A stretch of 63,686 bases of DNA, filler included, from Hyphochytrium catenoides (Eukaryota > Protista > Hyphochytriomycota), in NCBI GenBank assembly GCA_900088475.1. It is 11 parts of 11 records of this genome, joined end to end, with 100 filler letters (N's around TTAATTAATTAA, not from the genome) between each part and the next. Parts side by side here need not be neighbours in the genome. Positions count along the whole stretch, not along the records: positions 15,150 to 39,868 come from FLMG01001001.1; positions 39,969 to 42,764 come from FLMG01003984.1; positions 42,865 to 44,987 come from FLMG01001224.1; positions 45,088 to 47,934 come from FLMG01000459.1; positions 48,035 to 49,455 come from FLMG01000071.1; 6 more parts are not named here. One strand, given 5' to 3'. Below are positions 36,899 through 49,342 of the stretch, one piece after another. The notes under the pieces are model-generated. The model was not told the DNA's origin. It worked only from the letters and a program-made list of their open reading frames with translations, and did not search any database. Every line of letters begins with the position of its first letter. Position 1 is the first letter of the stretch. Position numbers and translations under genes: made by a program.

Positions 36899-38286
36899 AC
36901 CTGTTTTCCTCTCTCTTGCTCTCTCTCTCTCTCCTCAGTGGTAATTCTGAGTGCTTGTGGATCCTTTCTCCTCAGCCGTGCGACTTGTGGAGCGTTGGCG
37001 TGGTGACCTACTTCTTGTTAGTGGGATATCCTCCTTTCCACCATACAAATGTTCATGAACAAAGCGCCCTGTTCCGTACGATCACCAGCGGATACTTTGT
37101 CTTTGATTCTCCCTACTGGGACCACATCTCCAAAGACGCCAAGGTACGCCTTGACTTTAAGATGAGGCAGGAGAGAGAGACAGCAGAGGATTAGAAGAGA
37201 GTTAGAAAGCCATAAGCTCGAGGACGGACAGCGGTGGCGTAAGGTTACCTAAGGCATAGGCAAGCCTGGCTAATCTGTCTTCTCTCCTGCAGGATTTCAT
37301 CAGCCAGCTCCTGCGGGTGAACCCGGCGAAGCGGTAGGCCACATGAGACATTTTTCACTGCTTACAGCTCTCTCTCTCTCTCTCCTTCTCTTTGTCTCTT
37401 TCTTCTTACTCTCAGAAGCCTACCTACTCACCCTATATTAACGTCTGCTCAATAACAAACAGAGGGACAGCAGCGAAGATGCTTGGGCATCGGTGGTTCG
37501 GGGCCGAGGTAAAAGTTTTCTCCTTCTCACTCTTCAGACGCTTTCTTGCTCTGCTTGGAGTCTCTCTTTTGCTCTCTCTGGAGTCCTATCCCTCACCTGC
37601 GTTCATTGTGTTCCTTCCTTCCTCTCTCTTTCCTCGCTCTGGCTCTCTTTTCCTCTCTCTCTCTGTCTTCCTCACGCGCTCTGGTGACGACCATGCTGTG
37701 CTGTGCGAGGCTGTCTCCTTTTAGTGAAGGCGTCTAACCTCTCTCTCATCAGCGGAGCGTGACCAACACCCCAACGCCCACCCCGCGCACTCCTGGAGGT
37801 CCAACGCCCCGCTGGCGGCGAGCCTATGACCTAGCCGTGACCTCTCACTGGCTTCAGGGACTCGCCAGCAGCCAAGGCTCTAACACTATCTATGGAAAGG
37901 CATCACCACGGGTACAGGCTAGGATAACGTATACGAGGGAGGAGCAATTGGTATGTCTCCGAGCAGTACTCCCAGTTCGTTCTCTCTCTCTTCTCTCCTG
38001 TCTCTCTCAGTTGTTTTCTTAGTCTGGTGCTTCTCTTGGGCCTTCTCCAGTTGTTAAGCTGCTCTTGCCTTTCACTATGTTTGGCCTACTCGTCCCTAAG
38101 GTGGCTTCCCTCTCTCTTCAGGAACCCGAGACACCTGGAGATGAGCTCTCTATCCTCATGATGGACGTGGCGTCTTGTCCCGAAGGCAAGACGCAGAGTC
38201 TCGTAGGGGTAAACGGAACTCAGAGAGAAGAGCAGAGGGAGGGCGAGACCGACAGCGACCGAGAAGTGCTCGACACGAGCATCTGA
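34222..38286 (+). CDS. Divergent CaMK-group Ser/Thr kinase with N-myristoylation/palmitoylation signal
   Basis: MGNTGSCISSC start. Spliced domain: VAVK, LREAMILKK, YYLVTE, HRDIR/VSN, DWG, G/YMAPE, DLWSVGVVTYFLLVGYPPF, FDSPYWDHISKDAK/DFISQLL...KR. About 12 exons; stop at 38284-38286. Confidence 0.9.
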
Positions 38287-39099
38287 TCTAGGGAAAGAGA
38301 GAATGAGTGACTCGTCGAGAGCTGAGACACAAGGAGGCTTGGTTATCCCCAGACAGTGACCGTACAAGATCATGACCGCAACTGGAAGGGAGAAGGGACT
38401 CGACGGAGATTAAGAGCTAGCCTAGAGCAAGAGCAAAGAGAGGTGATCCTCTCTATAAGCGAGCGAGAGAGAGAGAGAGAAAAAGAGAGAGAGAAGGCAA
38501 GAAGAGAGGAAGGATAAAAGGTCTCAAAGAACCACCTCTGTTTCTATTCCTCGATGATCTCTAGCAGTTCCCATCGGTGCGCACTGATGGTCTTCTCATA
38601 ACCTCTTTCTCTTGTTGGACCGAATGATGCAAACTCGCTCTTCTGCCTAGTGCTGCTTCTCTATCGTTCATCGTTTAACTCTTCAAAGAGTTCTTACTGC
38701 TTACTTCTAAGCGTCAACCAGTCTAGCACAGCTCGCAGGCCGTCCTCTATCTCTCTTTCATATGTGACTCTCATCTCAGGAACTCTTCCTCTGACATCCT
38801 CTCCATCATCTGGTCTCCATCTGATAGCGAGCCGTTTAACCTGATCAATGTGGTTACCATCCCAATATCTTTGTCAACTGCAGCTTCATCACCTTCGTTT
38901 GCAGTCCGGAAACTATCTAGCTTCGAGCTCTTGCTCCTGGCGATGCCAATGGAAGCTCTTCGGTCTGACCAGGTGTACTCCTGTCCTCTTACGACGGCCT
39001 CCAGATAGTTCAGTGATGTCCATCATCTAAGTGATAACAAATTCTCTATTTCTTGCCGCACGAGATGCTATCTGCGCTGCTTTAAACTTAGAGATGACC

Positions 39100-39868
39100 T
39101 AAGCTTCGCTCAAATCTCCACTCCGATCTTCGTCTGAGCTTCATTAAAGCTTTGCCCTGATCTCCATCGAAAGGTTGCATGGACGCTGCCTCCAGCTGTC
39201 ATCTACCCTCCTTTTAATTCTTCAATCAATCTTTGTCTGATCTTCATCTCAAGCCTTCATCTGGTCTTCATGCACGCGTCATTCAGAGTCCGCCAGCAAT
39301 TCATCAATGACCGTTTGCCCACCACCTCAATCTCATCCAAGCTTCATCTAGAGGCGCCACCAGTAATCCCTCCCATCTTCGTCTATTTTTAATACTTCTC
39401 ACCCCTCATCCCTATACTGCATTTGCTCCGATGTGATCTTCATCTATGCCCGGTCGGAGCTTCATCTAAGCCCCGTCTGATCTTCATTTGAAGCCTGGTC
39501 TGAGCTTCACCTACGAGGGCCCTCTGATCTCCATCTAAAGCCAACCGATGTTCATCTAAAGTCCCGGTCGATCTCCGTCTACGGCCCTGTCTGAGCTTCA
39601 TCTAAGACCATGGCCGATCTTCATAGAGGCCAGGCGGATCTTCATCTAAAGCCCCGCCTGAGCTTCATCTAAAGCCCCGCCCGTCTGAGCTCAATCTAAA
39701 GCCCCCACAGCCGATTGTCAACTAAAGCCACAGGCCGAACTATATCTAAACTCGGTCTGAGATTCATCTAAGCCCCGCCTGAGCTTCATCTTCCAAGCCC
39801 CACCTGAGCTTCATCCAAGCCCCGCCTGAGCTTCATCCTCCAAGCCCCACCTGAGCTTCATCCAAGCC
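39100..39868. repeat. Degenerate tandem satellite, unit about 21-25 bp (consensus near CTGAGCTTCATCTAAGCCCCGC), running into the contig end
   Basis: The core GA(G/T)CTTCATC recurs more than 20 times. Copies are near-identical at 39770-39868 and increasingly diverged leftward; the left boundary is fuzzy. Confidence 0.88.
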
Positions 39869-39968
39869 NNNNNNNNNNNNNNNNNNNNNNNNNNNNNNNN
39901 NNNNNNNNNNNNTTAATTAATTAANNNNNNNNNNNNNNNNNNNNNNNNNNNNNNNNNNNNNNNNNNNN

Positions 39969-40166
39969 CATAGTCCAGCCATTGAAAGAATCTCTTCTCT
40001 GACTCGCTCTGCAGCCAGTTCTTATGATAGTGACGGAGCTCGTGGCCGTACCGGTGCTTCGGATCCACACTCTCCAACCAGTTCTCGACGGCCAGGCAGC
40101 TACGTGAAGAGGGGAGAGGGGGAGAGAGAGAGAGCGAGGGAGAGAGAGAGAGAGAGCGAGCGAGCG

Positions 40167-40217
<51 letters not shown>

Positions 40218-40676
40218 GAGGGAGAGAGAGAGAGGGAGAGAGAAAGTAAAAAGAAAGTAGGAGAGGGAGAGAGAGAGAAAGAGCGGAAAAGGGGGAGGAA
40301 AAGATAGGTAGTCAGAGGAAGTGACCGAGAGCAAGAGATCAGAAGTCCTGAGGAGACAAGAGAGAAAGCGAGAGCTGAACTGTGGAACAGAGGAATGCAG
40401 CGAGGTGAGGGCGAGAGAGAGACACTGAAGAGTAGTAGCAAAGGGAGAGAGAAGAGAGAGAGGGGACAAAGAGAGAGAGAGAAAGAGGTATGGCAGGAAA
40501 GAGATAATTGTGGGAGAGAAAGCGCAAAAGTACCGTGTGGCACTGCCTGCGAGTATTCCTTTTCCAAGCCTTGCGACGGTGTGCACAACATATTCCCACT
40601 TCTTCTTCACTCCCCGCCGAGCTCCTCCCGCACTGTCTTTCAGGTTTCCGTACATCATCTGGTCATAATACCTAGC

Positions 40677-40716
<40 letters not shown>

Positions 40717-40865
40717 GAGGAAGACAGGCCACAAGAGTGAGATTCGAACTAGAACAGAAGTATGAAGGTCGGCCGAGCCTGGACAGGAAGAGAGAGATAC
40801 GAGAAAGGACGAAACGGATCATAAAGACCGCGAGAAGTGGATATAGAAGAGAGCGAGGGATCTAT

Positions 40866-40900
<35 letters not shown>

Positions 40901-41354
40901 AAGAGAGAGAGAGAACAACGACGACGTCGAAGCTGGAATTAGCACCAGAATTCGCACGTGTCATAGGACAGAGATATTATGACGGGCTAGGGAAGGACGG
41001 GATTGAAAGTGGATGAGTGGAGGGGCGAGAGAGAGAGAGAGAAAGAGAGAGAGCACACAATAGCGAAAGTTTTGTCTCACCTGGCAAAAACTTTCCTGTA
41101 GGCGCTATCAGCAGAGAGAATTCTGCCCTCTCTCTCTCTCTTTGTGATGTAGCTCCGCACCATTCCCTGCATGCGAACTAAGGAAGCGATGGCCTCTGCG
41201 CAAGAGAGAGAAAGCACAATTGGAAGACAGACAGAGAGCACAAGGGAGAGAAAGAGAGAGAAAAGGGGGAGAGAGAGAAAGAGACAGAGAGAGATGCGTC
41301 AATGAGGTGTACCGTGGAGCTTCAGCCAAACAACCAAGATGGATGGGACAAGAC

Positions 41355-41403
<49 letters not shown>

Positions 41404-41676
41404 AAATAAGGGATAATCTGCTTAATAAACAGCAGATCAGAAAGAGTCAGTATCCTCTTTCGACCTCAAAACAGTTAGGAGAAAAAGGGAAGAGAACCTT
41501 CAAAAGAGAAAAACTAGTCGCAGAAATGCGGGAAACCAGCCAAAGGAGCGACAGACGTAAAGAGAAAAGGACAGAGCGAGAGAGAGCTATGATGGGACCG
41601 CGAGATGGAGAACAAAAAGGAAGAAGGGAGTGGGAAAGAGAGAGAAACAGAAAGAGAGAAAGAGAGAGAGAAAGAT

Positions 41677-41717
<41 letters not shown>

Positions 41718-42133
41718 AGAGAAAGTATGTCTTGTGGATGTTACCACTGACCAGTGGAGAGGTTATATTTATAGAACTCTGCAACAGTGTTTGGACTGCT
41801 GTGCGCGCGGCGGCGGCGGAGAGAGGGAGAGAGAGAAGAAAAAGAAGAGGAAGAGAGAGAAGACGGAGGACCCAAAGGAAAGATGGGGGCCGCCGAGATA
41901 GGGGAGAGAGAGCCTTGGTGTCCTAATAAAGGTCATTGGAGAAGAGAGGCACAAGTGAGAAAGAGGGCGTTGGCGGGATCGTAGAGGAAACGTTGAGAAA
42001 GGAGAGGCAGATGGAGATGGCAGAGAGAGAGAGAAGGAGAGGGAGACAGGAGAGAAGAAAGGAAAAAGAGAAGATCCCGGAAGATGCTACAAAGCAAAGA
42101 CAGGAAAGGAGGGAGAGAGAGAGAGAAAGAGAG

Positions 42134-42197
<64 letters not shown>

Positions 42198-42610
42198 GAA
42201 GAGATATGGGATGGTGGCGGCCTTTCTTACCTCCGTCTTTACTATCAGCTCGAACCCTCTCTCTCTTTCCATCTCTTCTTTCTCCTCCTTTTTTCCCTCC
42301 CTTGTTATTAATGGAACTATTGGTTAGAGAAGAGGGAGAAGATGGAAGAAGGGAAGAAGAAGAGGTAGGAAACGCCGCGATGGAGCCTCGACGGCCGGAG
42401 GAAGACTTGGGTCGACTCAAAAGTTTCTTCGATGGGGCTGGAGAGAGAGACATGGAGAGAGAGAGGGAGAGAATGAGAGAGAGAAAGAGAGAGAGAGAGA
42501 AGAGAGAGTGTGTGAGGGGATGAAGAGAGAGAGAAGTTAGGCAAAGACAAGCACGAGGGACATGCCAGGCCTGCATTTTCCATCCTCTCCGGTGGTCTTT
42601 CCCCCGCGCA
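39969..42610 (-). CDS. IQM-family (plant IQ-motif calmodulin-binding-like) protein, 3' part cut; 5' exons tentative
   Basis: Exon about 40100-39969 reads CLAVENWLESVDPKHRYGHELRHYHKNWLQSESEKRFFQWLDY, matching the IQM signature WLE-x-D-x-x-HRYG...FF-x-WLD-x-G. The preceding exon has KKKWEYVVHTVARLGKG. This frame is not shown in the ORF track. Confidence 0.82.
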
Positions 42611-44497
42611 TCCTCAGTATCTCTCTGTTCTCTCACTCTCTTTCTATATATATCTATATATAGGCCTCCTTTTCTTCGTTTCTCTCTCTCTCTCGTGTTC
42701 TCTCTTTCTCCCTCCGTCTCTGTTTGTCGGCATGTCTGTCTGTCCGTCTCTCTCTCTCTCTCTCNNNNNNNNNNNNNNNNNNNNNNNNNNNNNNNNNNNN
42801 NNNNNNNNTTAATTAATTAANNNNNNNNNNNNNNNNNNNNNNNNNNNNNNNNNNNNNNNNNNNNCCAAGGAAAAGAGAGGAATAGCTTATACGTAGGGCA
42901 TTAGAGAGCTTAGTGAAGGGATGCAGAGAGGAAATGTGGCGCCTTGGAGGACAGGAGAGTCCACCAGGGGAGAGAAGGGAAGAAGCCAGCAGCTGAGGTG
43001 ATCACTAGGTTCGGCTGACAGTAGAGTTAACCCTAAAGGCTGCACGCAGAGGGGGCGTATACCTGCGAACCACTCCATAAGCGCTGCAGTTCTGGTTGAC
43101 TGATTGAACGCAATGGACAGAGGAGGACAGAGTTCGCAAGGCTTCCTTCTTTCTGTCTTGAACCTTTCTCGCTGCGCTCCGGCTACTCTCGTGGAGCGCC
43201 TGGCATCCCAAAGGCTGGAGTTTCTTCCAAGACTTGATCTCCGTAAGCTGCTGGAAGGAGCAAAGGTCAGATGCGGCCTCTGCCGCCTGGGAGGAGACAG
43301 GTCGAGAGGTTGCAGTTGAAGATCTGAACACGCCGCAGACAAGGGAAACTGGTCTTCATCTTTCTTAGGTTCTTATAAAAATTTGGAGGCAGCCAGAGCT
43401 GGCCAGTGCGAAACAGAGCGATTGAGATGTTGATAACGAAGGTATACGTTCAGACGGTGACCCAGATAGAGCTTAGCCGAGATACGTGATGACGAGACAG
43501 AGAGAGTTACATGCCGTTACCGGCTCATTGCATAGCCTAGATATGCTGGAGAGTTTCTGTGAGACTGAAGATGGTCGATTGTCTCCTATGAAATCATCTC
43601 TGAAAGCTCTGAAGTGAAGCGTGCGGTTAGTTCGCGCTCAGCAGTCCTCCTCCTCCTTAGACATTGTTGGCAGCAAGAGCTTGGTAGCTTCCCTATGAAG
43701 AGATGATAGCCGAGGGATGGTATTCTTGAGACCAAGGACCAAGGGAGCCCAGTAGAAGACTTAGAGGGTGAAAGTCATCGCCTTGAGTGCGTGACAACTC
43801 AATGCAACATTCCCCTCGAGCCCATCCGATCTGACCGCCCTGCTTTGAGAGAAAGCTTTCATATCCCATTCCTTCGAAGATGGCCAGTGTGTACAAATCC
43901 TTGGCTGGGACGATAAGCCCGTAGGGCAATGTCCACCATGGACTAGGCATCCCTGCAAATCTCAGTGTTCATAGCCCAGGTCGCTCGATCCTGACTAAAC
44001 TTCGTCAATCTTTTTAACTGTCAGTCTCGGCACGACACGACCAACTGAGGTCAGATATGCAGCGGCAAACTAGTGGATGACACAGAAGAAGCTACATCTC
44101 GTCTACAGGACATCAAAGCCATGGCAGGGCACCTCTCGACCTCTAGTTCCTATTCCATAGAACGACCTCCACATTCATGAATTGCACTTGGCCTCTTGTT
44201 GCTTCTAGTGTCAGGGAGCAGGAGCAACGGCATGGCGGTCTCTCTCCTGACAATCTGACGGTACTGATGGGACAGCAGATAGAAGAGTAAAGCCTTTTAA
44301 ACTTTTGAATAGCATTAGAATGATTAAAAATTGGCAGGAGACACCTGACGCGGAAGCCTCTTTCCTCAGTAAAGAAAGAGGGAAAATCTCCCAAGGGATA
44401 AATGACAGGACCTAGATTCGTTAGCCTATACTGAGTATGCATGGGAAGGAGAGGTTGCTCCACTGATGAGAAGAAGAGAAACACATAGTTAGGCTGC

Positions 44498-44986
44498 TCA
44501 CTGCCACTCGACAGTGTAGATGACGGCCTCATAGGGACCCATGTACATCTTCAAGCCCACGCGCTCCAAGTGGACTTGTGAGGTTCTGATCGTGTTCTTC
44601 TTAGTGCCGACAAGGGTAGAGACAACAGGTGTGATGGTGACTGTGCTCTTGCCTTCAGTGCCATAGCTCTGATAAGGTCCGAGGTAGTCGTTCTGGGCCT
44701 GCAGCTGCCTTCTAAGCGTGGCCGAGGAGGAAGATTTGGGTCTAGGAATCAGATAGGTGCCCGAAGCATCAGTGTTTCCGTAGTTGACGACGACGAACCG
44801 CGCGGAATTGCCCAGTACGTATTTGAAGGCGAAGAGGTTTGCATTGAACTGTCCGCGCTCATCAGTGATGTATGGCGTAACGACAGAGAAAGCACCATCC
44901 CGGATGACGGGGTCAGTGCCGAGGAAGGTAAGATATGATGAAAAAAAGTTGGCGCAGCCTTGATCACTGCCCTCGTAGCGGGTCTT
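44498..44986 (-). CDS. C-terminal part of a probable GH13/alpha-amylase-type protein, open from the contig edge
   Basis: 162 stop-free codons missed by the ORF track: ...FFSSYLTFLGTDPVIRDGAFSVV...NANLFAFKYVLGNSARFVVVNYGNTDASG...MGPYEAVIYTVEWQ*. The pattern resembles the last barrel helix plus the beta-sandwich domain C of GH13 enzymes. Confidence 0.55.
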   Translation of the reverse strand, partial: KTRYEGSDQGCANFFSSYLTFLGTDPVIRDGAFSVVTPYITDERGQFNANLFAFKYVLGNSARFVVVNYGNTDASGTYLIPRPKSSSSATLRRQLQAQNDYLGPYQSYGTEGKSTVTITPVVSTLVGTKKNTIRTSQVHLERVGLKMYMGPYEAVIYTVEWQ

Positions 44987-45850
44987 CNNNNNNNNNNNNN
45001 NNNNNNNNNNNNNNNNNNNNNNNNNNNNNNNTTAATTAATTAANNNNNNNNNNNNNNNNNNNNNNNNNNNNNNNNNNNNNNNNNNNNACTCTTTCGTTAC
45101 ACCCCAAGTACCACCCTGTCGATTTACAGTGTTGTCAGGTTTTAGTCGCTTGTCCTACCTCTCACGAATTTTCTCTCTCTTCCTCTCTCTTTCCCTCTCT
45201 TCCTATCTTATTATTATCTCTTTGTCTCTCTCTCTCTCTTGAACATGTTAGCTGCCGCCATCCGCCTTATTCAATCAATCACATTTATGGCTCTATCGAA
45301 GAACCTTCTGTGGCTGTCAGTCAGCTGTTCTTCACGTCTTGGCTTGTCTCTGAGGGAAGAAGCTTCTTCCTCCTTCGAAAGGATCGTTCAGGCAATGCAA
45401 AAGCCAGCTCTTGCGCTCTAGCCCATTGCTCCTGATGAGCCTACCAGTCCTCGTGCAGAGCAGCATGCTGGCTGTGGAGGGTGGACAAAGACTTTCGGTT
45501 CATCACCTTCCTCTGGTCTGTCTGGCCTTGTTCTTCTATCTCTTCTGCCTTCAGGTTTGTCCTCATCACCATCTTCCAACGCGAGCTTGACAGGATCCTA
45601 TCTATCCAGGATGGTCGTCAGCGAGAGGGAAATCCGCTTGCGGCTTCTCCCGCCTGATCTTGTTCAAGGAAATCCTTCAAGCGGAGACAATAGTGCGGTC
45701 GTTTGAGAGTTGCCCAAGCTTAGGAGAAGAGAGACTGCGGTTCCACAATGCAGTGCCCGGATTGAGGTACATATGCTACCTGGTGCCGTTGTTGATCTGA
45801 TAGCTCAACCCACATAAGACCTGCATTGTAGATAACTTCGGAAGGGGAGA

Positions 45851-45925
<75 letters not shown>

Positions 45926-46167
45926 CGCCAATTGCTGTTAGTGAAAACCGAAGATTCTGTATCGTTCGCAACATTACTACTCGTACACTAGAATTTCCTT
46001 GTCCCTATCTCTTTCTTCTATCCTTTTCCTCTCTGTCTCTGTATCTTACGCTAACAAGGCTGTCTCATCTGTTCTCTCGTGCCCTCTCTGTCTCAATCTC
46101 TGTCTCATTATCGACTCTCCTTTGTTTTCTGAAAAATGGCCCATTTGACACCATGTGGCCAAAGGAC

Positions 46168-46213
46168 TGGCCGCTGATTGGCTAAAGGATTTAGACCGGC
46201 CAATCAGCGGCCA
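46168..46213. repeat. Perfect 15-bp inverted repeat with 16-nt spacer, containing opposed CCAAT boxes
   Basis: TGGCCGCTGATTGGC (46168-46182) and GCCAATCAGCGGCCA (46199-46213). Confidence 0.9.
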
Positions 46214-46990
46214 CCAGCAATCATTTAGGCTTCAAAAGGAGGCCTTGTCAGATATACAGGAAGCAGTACCAAGAAATAGGTTTTGCCTAAACGGTCATTC
46301 AATTTGATAGAGCACACAACCAGGGAGTTCAAGAACATAGGACGAGATACCTAAATGTTGCAAGGGAACCAACCGGCGCATATTACTATCTCCCTGCCAG
46401 GTATACAATTAGGAGTTAAGAAGTACGGGTAGTACTACCACGGCGCAGCATGTGAAGGTACAAACTGTAGGGGTGCGCACTTTCATCAGCTGAGCAATGG
46501 CAGTAGCGGCATAACCTTAGGTAAAGTTGGCTGAGTAGAAGAGGAATATATGGACGAGGGAGGACTATTATTAGGAAAAATCTTAGCGTTCCAAGGTTCG
46601 CTCAGATTGTGGGCGAGAACAGTGAAGATCTTAGTCCTAGGAACCCATCAACAAACCAACAGCCACAAATCTCACCACATCTCTCTTCCTACCTGTCCAC
46701 ATCTTTTTCATATCTTCACTATTGTATCCGTGGGCTCTGTCTCATACTATGTTGCTCTGTCTCTCTCTGTCTATGTCGCTCGTAGGGTTCCTTGCTAGGT
46801 AGAAAAGATTGTCTCTTCTTGGCAGACCATCAATCATCCGCAATGTCCGTCCTTGAGAGGGCCGCGCCCAGGCAATCTAGCGCTTCAGCAGCCTCAGCCT
46901 CTCTCCTAATAAATATATACGGAGTAGCAATAACACGACGGGGGCGCGCAGACTAGCACGAGAGAAGGACAAAAGGGCTTCGCATGTAAC

Positions 46991-47048
<58 letters not shown>

Positions 47049-47166
47049 CTCTTTCTCATTGACGTGTTATTTTTGTGTCTCGCTTCCCACATTTGCCTCT
47101 CTGCTTCCTTTCTATTAGGGCTGTGCTACCGTCTGTCATCAATCACTCGATGACGCACTCATCATG

Positions 47167-47198
<32 letters not shown>

Positions 47199-47575
47199 GT
47201 CAATCTCTCTCTCTCTCACAATCTCTCCCTCCATTTGCCTCAAATGTCTCCAGCTGGCCCATAAGGCTTGTTCCGTTCCCAGGTGCAGGCAGATGGTGGG
47301 TAGGAAGCTTTGATATGTGGTGCTCTCTATCTCTTCTCTCTCTCTCGCTGCGTCAGCTGCTTGTCCTTGGGAGAACAGAACTGCAGATATCATCGTGCCT
47401 TTGTCCCCGGACTTGGTTTGACCTTTGGAACAGGTCTCTCTCTCTCTCTCTCGTTTCCTCTCTTTCTCTCTACTCTTGGTCTTCGCCTATCTTCAAACGT
47501 CATCGGCTGCGAGTGGATTGTCTTAGCTACCACAATCGATGGCACAAACAACCCAGCGGTAGAGCCAGAACGTAG

Positions 47576-47609
<34 letters not shown>

Positions 47610-47884
47610 TTCTCTCTCTCTCTTCCTTCTTCTCTCTCTCTCACTGGCCTTTCTCACAGGATTCACAAGGACTTGGCAGTACTCTTTCTCCCCCCTCCGT
47701 TTCCTCCCGTTCTGTCCACAGACGGACAATAAAGCGCAGTTTCCTTATCTCTTTGGCCTCTGTATAACTATCTAACTCTCCTAACTCTGTTAATTGTCCA
47801 TCTCTCTCTCAGTCTGTCTCCGCCTTATGTGAAGACCTCTCTTTCTCTCTTCTCTCCTCAATGTTCCCACTGGCTCTTTTCTCT

Positions 47885-47920
<36 letters not shown>

Positions 47921-48400
47921 ATCTTGCCCTTTCCNNNNNNNNNNNNNNNNNNNNNNNNNNNNNNNNNNNNNNNNNNNNTTAATTAATTAANNNNNNNNNN
48001 NNNNNNNNNNNNNNNNNNNNNNNNNNNNNNNNNNGCATTTAAAAGTCGAAAAATCTGGGGCGATCCTTATAATCACGTTTTGAGCCCCCCCCCTGCCCAA
48101 TTGTGAAGAAAGGGCATTTAAAGAAAAACTTTACAATTTGCCGTTCTAGTTCATGATAGAAAGCATTCTGATCAAGGACATTGACTTGTGCGCTTTCGCG
48201 CCGCCTCCTGGCGCGTTTGCTGGTTGTTGAACTGCATTTATTCATTTTTTGAAGGCGTGACACGATTCATCACAGAGGCAACGTCGTCAGCAGCAAAGAA
48301 AAACGGGAAACTGAAGAGCATATGCCGCCTCATCAATCTTCACCATCATCTGATATCAGCTTCCCTTATTTCCTTCTCACAATGAGTCTCCTATGGCAAC

Positions 48401-49342
48401 GTGCTGCTAGCACCACGTGATGTTGTTAAGAACCAACAGATAAACATGCCCAGGTTATCGAGGACTAGGCGGGAGAGGAAGTTACGAAGACTTCAGCAGC
48501 AGTATCTGCAAGCCGCGACCGTTTGCTTTGTGCGAGCGCACTTGTATAGAAGGCTTTTCAAGCAGAATCTAGTGAGCTCCCTTGTCATGGAGACACGTGC
48601 GGAGCGAGAGAAGAGACGCCAACTTTTATCTCACCTGATCCTTCTATTCGATGATCATGTGCTAGAGGAGCAGCATAATGAGGATGATAGGGGTGGTGCT
48701 GATGGTTGGTGCAGCAGCACCATTGATGACGACGTCATCTTGGTGAGTCTTCTCTCCTCTCCTGCTTCAGCGCTTCGTCGAGAAACTCAGGCCAAGAAGC
48801 TACTCTTCTGTCACAATCAATGGAAGAGTTATTCCCTTTTGGGTCCAAAGCTATTAGAAGCATATCACAGGTCCTTCAAGCGGACGAGAGAGGTGCATGC
48901 AAAACCTCAGAAGTATATGATGCATTACCAACTACCAGACGAAGTGTGGGAGGCCAAATTTCGCTTTCGACGGTTAGAGTTCAAGGAACTAGTCAGGGTC
49001 CTGCGGCTGCCATCCGTTATCGTCACCAAGCTAGGCTTTATCTCTGACCCTGAAGAAGCAAGTGCCTCTTCTTCAAATCGGTTGGTCATCCAGCAGGAGG
49101 AAGTGTTTGCCACGCGGTGTCCAGCAGATTGGGGCGACCGATCAGTCGATCGACACAGAGCTGCTGCGACTCTGCAGACGCGGGACGAGCATCATCATCA
49201 TCATCATTATCATCATCGTCAGAGGAGATTGGGGCGGCGTGCTTTGCCGCCAAATCTATTTTGGCTGTCAATCATAGTCAAAACCCATGGAAGACAAGAA
49301 TATGGAGGATCCAGGTTATTTGACAAGAGAGAGACTCTGTAA
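48401..49342 (+). mobile_element. Degenerate PIF/Harbinger-like transposase remnant (N-terminal part only)
   Basis: LPDEVWEAKFRFRRLEFKELVRVLRLPSVIVT...PEEA resembles Harbinger/DDE_Tnp_4-associated N-termini. The expected continuation (CLFFKSVGHP, compare LC-x-x-L-x-RL-x-YP) is in another frame after about 49060, and no DDE core follows. The contig lacks GA/TC introns. Confidence 0.68.

Noticed and set aside
39100-39868. Repeat array as a CRISPR array or telomere
   Set aside because: Units are contiguous with only a few variable bases, there are no unique spacers or cas genes, and the context is eukaryotic. The C-rich strand runs toward the right contig end, the wrong polarity for a terminal telomere.
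45088-47934. Possible small exons on this contig
   Set aside because: No consistent reading frame or recognisable motif could be assembled.
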